NCBI RefSeq assembly: GCF_964194025.1
Contig: NC_134481.1
Span: 43,338,001-43,402,000, forward strand
Length of the DNA: 64,000 nt
Source of the DNA: Convolutriloba macropyga
Lineage: Eukaryota
Reading direction: 5' to 3'
Positions 46,301 through 54,191 of the stretch are shown here, in pieces. Under the pieces are notes generated by a model. It made no database searches. It was not told the origin of the DNA and saw only the letters and a list, made by a program, of their open reading frames with translations. Numbering within the stretch: the stretch's first letter is position 1; every line of letters begins with the position of its first letter. Position numbers and translations under genes: made by a program.

Positions 46301-48415
46301 CTTTCCAGACACAAAGGATCTCTGATCAGACTTTTCAGACCGAATGCGTTCTGATCAGACCATCTCAGACTCAAATTCAGACCATTGCCCATACCTTAAT
46401 CAGACTACGATCAGACTCAAGTGCGCTCGAAGAGGTTACGATCAGACCCAGTTGCGCTTGAAGCATTTAAATTCAGACCCAGTTGCGCTTGCTGCCGTTT
46501 ATGATCAGACTGAAGCGCGCTCGAAACCGGTTCTGATCAGACTCAAGTGCGCTCGAAATAGTCTGATCAGAGAAAGATTTTACTTATGAACAAATCTCTT
46601 AATTTGGCTATAATATATTCATTTCATAAAAACTGATGTTTGCAGTATTTAATTCGTCTAAGGAAAAATCAATTATATAGGTGTTGCTAAAGAAAACGAA
46701 ACCCAACTGTAGAGAACAAGTTTTATTTAGTGTACCGGTTAGTGTATACTTCTGACTCACTGGATAAGTTTAGACAGCTGTCCATAAGAAACATCGTGGT
46801 CTCCAATTGACCAAAATTTCCTCTGAAGGGGACCGGCCTTTGCTGGACTCTGTTTTCTGATCAGATGTTATGATCAGACCCAATTGCGCTCGAAGTTTCC
46901 TCTGACCAGATCCAAGTGTGCTCGGATCCGCCTATGATCAGACTTTTGAGACCAAATTGACCTCTAATCAGACCATCTCCAGACCATCGTCCAGACTGTA
47001 GTGTGCTCGAAATTCCGTCCAGACCCTGCAATTTCGGTCTGGGAATACACGGGTGTGCGCTCGACTGGGTCTGATTATAAACCATTTTGGGTCTGGACCT
47101 GAACCCGGGTTATAACACACTAAAAAATGTCTTAAAAAATGTCTTAAAAAGTCTAATATTATCTTAACGCAGTTAAGGTAAACCTTTGTTAAGGTAAAAT
47201 TAAGGTAACAATTACCTTAACTTGAGTTAAGGTAAAAAATTATCTGAACTGCGTTTAGGTAACATTACCCTAACTTACCTTAACTTTTTTAATAACTTTC
47301 TGCAGTACATAATTGTATATTTTTAGTAAAATTATCAAACAAAATGTTAAAGTTTATTACAAGAGCTTTACAATGATCCTTATATGAAGCAGTTTGAGCT
47401 AATATTTGTCGACCTACACTACATCAAACCCCAAAAATACGTTCAGTGAGTGCTCATAAAAATTCAAAAAGGCAGTAACGCACCAATTTTTCAAAAATTG
47501 GCTTTTTTATTTTTCACGCGCCTTCGTTTATGTATAGGCTGCTCACAAACCGATGTCGAGTGGTACCGGTGCATTAAAAGTGGTCCAAAACAGTTTTTTA
47601 AGAAGTCATAACTACTCGATTTCTCACTTTCCATTGATCCTAGAAGAGGTTCACCAAAACGCACCATTGGTATAGGTAAGAGTAAATTTACCTTTACTAA
47701 TATAATTTACCTTAAAAGTTCAGGTTGAATTTAAGGTATTTTTAAGGTAAATTTCAGGTATTTATTCAGGTATTTTTACCTTACATTTTAAGGTAATTAA
47801 GGGGTGCCCCCTTAATTTTTCAGGTAATTTTCAGGTAAAGTTGAGGTAAGTTCAGGTAAGGCAAAACTACCTGAACGTTTCAGGTAAGTTAAGGTATTTT
47901 TTCAGGTAAATTTACCTGAATTTTATTTAGTCTGAATGAGCCCAAAATTAAAATAATGAAAGAATGACTTTTAATGCTCTGAGAAAAGAAAACAAAGTTA
48001 CTATCGCGAAGAAAACAAATATACTGTCGTGTGTTCGAACACTGATGTGTACCATATGGTATATGCAACAGCAGTGTTTGAGCTCACGAATATATAGATC
48101 ACTACATGGTTACTTTAGGCCACAGAAATTTGCCTGAAGAGCTCGCCGGAAAACTACTGTAGCTCACCTGCAACATGTGACAGTGGTTCACCAGCCTTCA
48201 TTGAAACGAGGAAATCAAACAAGAGGAAAGCCCAATGCGTTTATGGAATCCACGCACACGCTTATGGAGATTGTACGTCTATGGGCAGCATTTACATGCG
48301 CGTTTCAGACTACCAAGATTGGATTAGTTTGAAAATAGGCGACATGAGTGATGGAAGGGATTGCCTAAAAGGTGAATCTGGTGGATGTCTTTATGCTACA
48401 GGTCTGCTGAACTAA
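34766..48415 (+). CDS. Secreted S1A serine protease, paralog 2; 5 exons: 34766-35033, 40402-40486, 41164-41204, 43278-43498, 48119-48415 (~303 aa)
   Basis: Signal peptide, RR|IVRG, CGATMI..TAAHC, WPVALLGDF, EVHDIAVAKL, ATCDSGSP, YMRVSDYQDWI; GT-AG introns with phases 1,2,1,0 as in paralog 1; 912 nt open. Confidence 0.88.
35826..36391. mobile_element. MITE with CCCGGGTC(G/A)AGG inverted termini, 2-bp TSD (TT), internal ttcaccgcatttcttacaaaaa repeats
   Basis: tt|cccgggtcgaggttt ... aaaccttgacccggg|tt. Confidence 0.85.
36163..36235 (+). pseudogene. tRNA-like sequence (Pol III A and B boxes) inside the MITE
   Basis: TGGCGCAGTGG (36171-36181) and GTTCGAACCC (36215-36224) at tRNA-like spacing, followed by a T run; acceptor and anticodon stems poorly paired. 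Confidence 0.5.
40263..40337. repeat. (TA)n microsatellite
   Basis: Directly visible. Confidence 0.97.
40402..40486 (+). CDS. Protease 2 exon 2 (85 nt, EWPVALLGDFHIEGPKTQIQLVDFKVYP)
   Basis: ctttttag acceptor, GA|GTAAGT donor. Confidence 0.88.
41164..41204 (+). CDS. Protease 2 micro-exon 3 (41 nt, YNSDPQFTKHKTI)
   Basis: cctttcag acceptor, AG|GTCAAA donor; phases fit and give YPDYN...EVHDIA. Confidence 0.65.
41948..42648. repeat. G-rich ggggtaaaat(g)gtgtaagag repeat tract ending in a ~420-bp imperfect palindrome (42232-42648)
   Basis: Arms mirror about ggggtaat-ggagaa-attacccc at ~42440; tract starts with cccgggtcga. Confidence 0.85.
42971..43108. mobile_element. Small MITE with CACTAG...CTAGTG termini
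   Basis: cactagtgtgtc..cattatagccc / gggctataatg..gacacccctagtg. Confidence 0.7.
43278..43498 (+). CDS. Protease 2 exon 4 (catalytic Asp)
   Basis: ORF 43262-43552; AAG|GTAATT donor. Confidence 0.9.
44541..45620 (+). repeat. ~440-bp tandem repeat, ~2.4 diverged units
   Basis: c(c/t)aattata.a.aaatt.gtcata.tgct.tcacttgattttc at ~44541, 44982, 45425; gcaggaatatgtgtcagagccttaca twice. Confidence 0.85.
45970..46121. mobile_element. Short MITE, CACAGGTTGAGGT...ACCTCAACATGTG
   Basis: Inverted termini and the cgagcgcac/gtgcgctcg motif shared with the TCTGATCAGA family. Confidence 0.65.
46171..47109. mobile_element. Non-autonomous TIR element rich in the TCTGATCAGA palindrome; TSD TT
   Basis: tt|cccatgttgaggtc ... 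gacctgaacccggg|tt; core matches 51772-52718 in reverse orientation. Confidence 0.82.
47118..47932. mobile_element. CACTA-ended foldback-like element with aggtaa/ttacct subterminal repeats
   Basis: cactaaaaaa... start, ...tttatttagt end; dense (t)aaggta/tacctt and caggta/tacctg words at both ends. Confidence 0.6.
48119..48415 (+). CDS. Protease 2 exon 5 (catalytic Ser, CDSGSP; extended C-terminus)
   Basis: tactttag acceptor; ATEICLKSSPENYCSSPATCDSGSPAFIE...CVYGIH...YMRVSDYQDWI...GLLN*; not in the ORF track. Confidence 0.9.
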   Translation, partial: ATEICLKSSPENYCSSPATCDSGSPAFIETRKSNKRKAQCVYGIHAHAYGDCTSMGSIYMRVSDYQDWISLKIGDMSDGRDCLKGESGGCLYATGLLN

Positions 48416-49033
48416 AGTGGCAGATATCGGGGTGAGGGGCAGTGAGGTGATAATTTTATGGGTACAAAAAGTATCAAAAGTGTAAAAGTCAAGAAAAAAG
48501 TTGAATTTACTGAACAAAGAGAACTGGTATTGAGGGTACGCAAATAGATTTTCAAAACTTCGAATCATAAACCTTGACCCGGAGAAAGGAGAAATTCATG
48601 TTCAACCATTAACAATCAAGTTTATTACAATAGCAATTTCAAGAGTTTTTTGAGTTTGAGATTGAATTTGGGACATTTCAAAGATTTGAATTTTGGACTC
48701 GCCCTCACTGTCAATACCAGTCAAGCTTTTTTTCATCAAACTCTATTTCAAGCGGTTCTTGGCAAGTAGCTGTGTACGAATTTCTCGGTCTCCTTGTTTA
48801 AAGAATTGGTATGGTGGCATGCTTCAAAAAACGACAGTATTTTTAATTAATTGGGAATTTATCTCGATTTTCCATCTGCTGCTATTTACACTAAAAGACT
48901 CATCTATTGAAAAAAAATATTCAGCTAATAAACAGCGATTAGTAGCATTTGAATAATTGAGATTGAATGACACTTATAAGACTAAGTAAAGACCGTTGAA
49001 GCAGATAGGGAAATCACACTAAAAGGAAAAGTG

Positions 49034-49203
49034 GGATCTATTCTGTTTGCCCCCCCCCCCCGTGTTTTTTCTGACCCCCAGTTACAAATTATATGTTGTT
49101 ATACAGCACGTCACTATGTGTGAAAATAGCACGCGCGCCTGGGTGTCATAAAAGATTTATGATCGCTAAGGTGGGGGTGGGGGGGGGGGGGGAGAATAGA
49201 TCC
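49034..49203. mobile_element. GGATCTATTCTG-family MITE
   Basis: TIRs ggatctattct/agaatagatcc; flanks gaaaagtg / gaaaagtc (8-bp TSD, 1 mismatch). Confidence 0.85.
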
Positions 49204-51432
49204 GAAAAGTCATGCCAGTCATGAAAAGTTCTTTTAAAGTGTATCGGACGTTTCTTTTGGTAAAAATAGACAACACTTTTTTATTCAAATTCAACGTCAG
49301 AGCAGAAAACAATTTTTAAAAATTTAACTCGAGTTCTGGTGCAGTGATTACTATACAGTTGAAATTGTGATTCAAGCTCTTTCTTGCTATCATGTTTCAG
49401 TGGAATAGGAACTTTGATTGATTATGATGCTCTTCCAAATAAAATAAAAATTTTATCTTCCTTCCAATAGTTTGTTGTACTTTTCAGTAGTTGGAACCAC
49501 ATTTGTTTCAAGAACCTTGAACATGTCCTCATTTTGACAGTTATCAATTTATTTTGCTTTCTGTGGAATATAAACACATTAGTTTATGTTTATGACTTTT
49601 GTTAGATAACGAGGGATGTCTTTCTCTTCACAGAAATTTTGAAAACTTTTGTGCCTAAAGTTTCTATATTTGACCCTTTTAACAGAAACTATTGATCTTT
49701 TTGGTGTGGAGGCCTTTAAATTGCTATCTCCTTGATATAAATTCTTCAAAAAAATTGTTAAAATATACCTGACAGATTGCTGGACAATAGTCGCAATTGA
49801 AGCATTGAATCTTACTGAGACTGATACATGAGCGAAAACGTACATCTCATAAGCAAAAAACAGAAAAATGAACTCCAAGTTGGGCAAAACCACAGGTTCC
49901 TGTTTTTTTTGATGCTCTACAAGGATAAAAGCATTGTTAGCACGCCTTAGACCTGGTAACTTAAACTAATTTGAAGGAAACTAGATTGCCTGGTATCTAA
50001 AACGGGTCTTTACTGATATATCACCTTTTTGATAATTTAATTCTATTTTTCGATATTTATCCGGTTTAATTTAGATTTGTTTTCAGAGCAACAGCTGCTT
50101 AAATACGGTATTAGTAAAATTAGCAAAAAAGGAAACTATTCTATATCAAAACTAGATATATCAAAAACAGTTTGCACAGAAGGTCAAAAATGTAGTATGT
50201 TTAGGTGACGAGAAACAATTTGATGAGCTGAAAAACTTAGTAGGAAGGAAACTGATATAAAAAATAATGAACTGAATGAAAGACAATGAAAAACCTGACT
50301 TGGTAAAAGCACGGTTAATTTTGGGTATCAACGCGCTGAATACCTAATTTTTGGTGGAATAGGGAAAAGAGGAGGAAAAGAAAAAATGTCAGAAGAAATG
50401 TCAAAACAACTTTATTAATGCTAAATTGACCCAAGAAAACTGATGCAAACGCTACAGAAACTCAATTGACCACGTCAACAAAAACCGTTAACGCCAAAAA
50501 AACTCAAAAAAATTTGGACAAATAATTAAAGAAATATAATTGCTATCATGTCAATAAACAATAATGTGCTGAGGAATATTTGAAAAAACCCACTTACAGG
50601 CTTTTAAAAGCCTCATTGTACACTCAAAGCTGAAAAAAATAAAAGAAAAATGCGAAATGTACCAATTTTTTCTATTGTGTTAGAATTATGAAATCAAAGG
50701 CCACAGAAAACAGATTTAAAAGAAAGTAGATGGCGCAAGAATTCTATTAACTATGGCTAATGCGAGATTTTACCCGTTTAACAACGAAATATCAAAAATC
50801 TAAATAACTTACAGCACCCTTTGAGTGTTAAAATTCACCAAAAATTTCATTTTGTTTTGACCTTCCGAGCAACTTCATCACTGTAATAACTCGGAAGGTT
50901 ACTTGTGCCAGTTTTAAGAGTCTAATTCAACTTAGGCCGTCTGAACTCTACATATTTATCCATTCCAAATCTCAAAGTCAGAAAAACAAACTCAACCAAA
51001 ACTTAAAAAAAATGCAGCACCAATACCATACAAATTTCCTAATATTGAAAAAATAGAAGATTAAAAGGTACAGAACCTACTCCATTTGGAAAAACGAAAA
51101 GTGTGAATAAATCGGTCCATATTTTCTTTATAATTAATGCCAACAATTTTTTATCTTACCTCAAAGTGTATTTGTCGGCCCAAATTCGCTACACAAAGGG
51201 CAACCACCGTTTCAAATGAGTTTGGAACAATCAACCCCATTTGCTGTTTTTCAAACCCCATTTCCGACTAATTCCCTTTACATATTTTGTTTTCTCAAAA
51301 CAATAAATCATGAGAAAAGAAATACGCTGAAAAGAACTATCTATTTTTGATACAGCACAATAGAAAAGCGGTCCTGCATTAACTTTGTTTCAGAATTGAA
51401 CAACACTTGGCGTCAAATTTCGTGATTCTACA

Positions 51433-51632
51433 NNNNNNNNNNNNNNNNNNNNNNNNNNNNNNNNNNNNNNNNNNNNNNNNNNNNNNNNNNNNNNNNNNNN
51501 NNNNNNNNNNNNNNNNNNNNNNNNNNNNNNNNNNNNNNNNNNNNNNNNNNNNNNNNNNNNNNNNNNNNNNNNNNNNNNNNNNNNNNNNNNNNNNNNNNNN
51601 NNNNNNNNNNNNNNNNNNNNNNNNNNNNNNNN
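51433..51632. other. Assembly gap (200 N)
   Basis: Run of n; followed directly by an orphan TIR end cctcgacctggg. Confidence 0.99.
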
Positions 51633-51771
51633 CCTCGACCTGGGTAGCTTAATTAAAAATTGCGGTCAAAATAATTTTCAGTTTCTTTCTTGCCCTGAAA
51701 AAAATGCCAATTGAAAAATAGCCAATAGGCCAAAACAAAAAGTTCGCCACCTACTTTAAATTATAATGATA

Positions 51772-52718
51772 CCCAAGTCGAGGTGGCCAGACCAAAGTGA
51801 CCCCTGATCAGACTAGTTTCGAGCGCACACATGTTCCCGGTGCGCTCGAATTACATGGTCTGGAAAAAGCTTCGAGCGCACTTTTGTCTGGACAATGGTC
51901 TGGAACTTGCCTGATCAGAGGCCACTTTGTTCTGGGACGGTGTGATCAGAGGCAGTTTCAAGCGCACACTAGTCTGATCAGAGGCCCATTCGAGCGCACA
52001 CTAGTCTGACCAGAGACCAAATCGAGCGAAATTTTTTTCAATTTTTTTTGTTTTCTTTCTGACTTTGGTTGTCTCGGGTGAGAGACAACAAAAAAACAGC
52101 ATTCTGATCGGAACTTCATCTGAGAATCTGATGGGTTTGATCAGAACCAAGGGGTCCAGCTGATAACAAATGCCGGTCCCCTCAAGAAAAGATTTTGAAT
52201 CAAAGTAGATCAAGACGTTTTTATGCAGAGCTGTCTAAGTTCATTTTTTCAGTTAAAAGCATAAAAAATGGCATACGCAGTAATTTTTTTGATCATTTTT
52301 TTTCGATTTACTTTCATTAACAATACTTTCAGGATTGTTTTTTTTGTTAGTTGAATATAAGATTGATAAAATATATTATAACGATATTGAGAGATTTGTT
52401 CATGTTCAAAATCATTCTCTGATCAGAGGTGATTTCGAGCGCACTTTAGTCTGGTACAATATTTCGAGCGCACTTTAGTCTGGACAATGGTCTGGAACTC
52501 GTCTGGACAATGGTCTGGAACTTGTCTGATCAGGGGTCATTTCGGTCTGGAACTCGTCTGATCAGAGGCGGCTTCGAGCGCACTTCGAGCGCACAATGAT
52601 CTTCGAGCGCATACTCGTCTGATCAGAGGTCACTTCGGTCTGGGACGGTCTGATCAGAGGTCCCACTTGTCTGGGACGGTCTGATCAGAGGTGATTTCGA
52701 GCGCGACCTCAACCTGGG
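51772..52718. mobile_element. Second TCTGATCAGA-family TIR element; TSD TA
   Basis: ta|cccaagtcgaggt ... acctcaacctggg|ta; repeated tctgatcaga and ttcgagcgcac. Confidence 0.85.
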
Positions 52719-53081
52719 TAATTATGAGACAAAATCAAACTACTTTGTTAACATAATTACCTCTTAGCAAGATAGACGCAATGTAAAAATAAAGGACTTT
52801 TCTCATCCGATCAGCTCGTAAGACTTGAGGTCAAACTGTCGCCACTCGAAAATGGCTCACATAGGGTAAGTTTGATGAGCGTCGCGTGATAAGACAGGTT
52901 TTTGCTCATTTATCATCTCACCATTGAGCGAAAAATCGTAAAATTAATTTCATTTTTCTTGAGAGTCGGGGCAATGAGTTTTTATTACTATCGGTAAATT
53001 GTTATATAGCCATTAATTATGCCAATTAAGGTCAATCACGGTCTTTTCACGAGTCGAGCAAGAGATTTTTTTCAAAATTAC

Positions 53082-54136
53082 CTCTTCCATGGGCAACATT
53101 TCTATATCTCCCTTTGAAATATTGGTAAGATTGCTGTGCATAAATTCGTAGACTGTGTCTCTCATCTCATCCGACCACATGAGGACATCGAACTCCATGT
53201 AAAACTGGTGATCGTGGAAGAGACTTTTGGAAGTTCTGGCTGTGTCCTCAAGTAGAAGAGCGAGTGGTCGCACGAAGTACCTGCCAAAATTGGGCAAAAT
53301 TTTGGTTTCTGGGTTCAAAGTTTTTTTGGCAAAGAAAAAAAGAAAAGTTTAAGTTCAGTTCAACGCAACTTTTGATTGTTACAATCGTCTTGCCAACGCC
53401 ATCGTATACCAGTTCCTGAATTCCTTTGTTTCGAGTTCCTTGTTGTACGTCTTAGTACGTCTTGTTAAGAAAAGGAAATTGTACGTCTTAATAAGAAAAG
53501 CAAATAAGAAAATGTCCCCAGTGAAACAAAACTTATTACACCTTGCCAAGAAATGCAAGATCTTGACAGTCTTGACCAAACATGGATTATCTTACCAAGA
53601 TCTTGATAGGAGAAAAATTCTTGGTACATCTTGGTAAAATCTTGCCATGATCTTATCAAGCAATATCAAGAAAATTTCTTGATTAAACTTGCCAAGATCA
53701 TGGTTAAACATGGCACTATGAATTTCACTGTAATTGAGGCGTAAAAAGTAATCAAAGTGTTGTGATTGCTCTTTTCCTGGACATTATATTTTTAAGTTGC
53801 TCTTTTCAAGACTTTTCGCATTTAAGCAAACGTTTTTGTACTCCGATTCTCGAATCCGTTTCTGTTGGTCATATATCAATAAAAATACAATTCAAACCCC
53901 CAAACGATCTTTTGTATATCACTTCAACCCAATTTTTTACGGATTGCGGCACAAAACATCAAAAAATTATGAAAGGTGATAGTCTTTAAACAAAAGAGGG
54001 TAAAATGGATCAAAGACGCTTTTCGGTATAAAATCAATTAATACATGTTTTCGGATTTACAACTAAACCCCAACTAAACATTCCATACAAAAAATATTGT
54101 ACATGGCAGGATTCTTGCATAGAACTTTGCTTAGAA

Positions 54137-54191
<55 letters not shown>

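Noticed and set aside
46200-46570. Regularly spaced palindromic repeats resembling a CRISPR array
   Set aside because: Repeat core is only 10 bp, spacers are related to each other, the array lies inside a TIR element, there are no cas genes, and the context is eukaryotic
49579-49893. Possible downstream exon of the minus-strand gene
   Set aside because: Could not establish a consistent frame or splice phase
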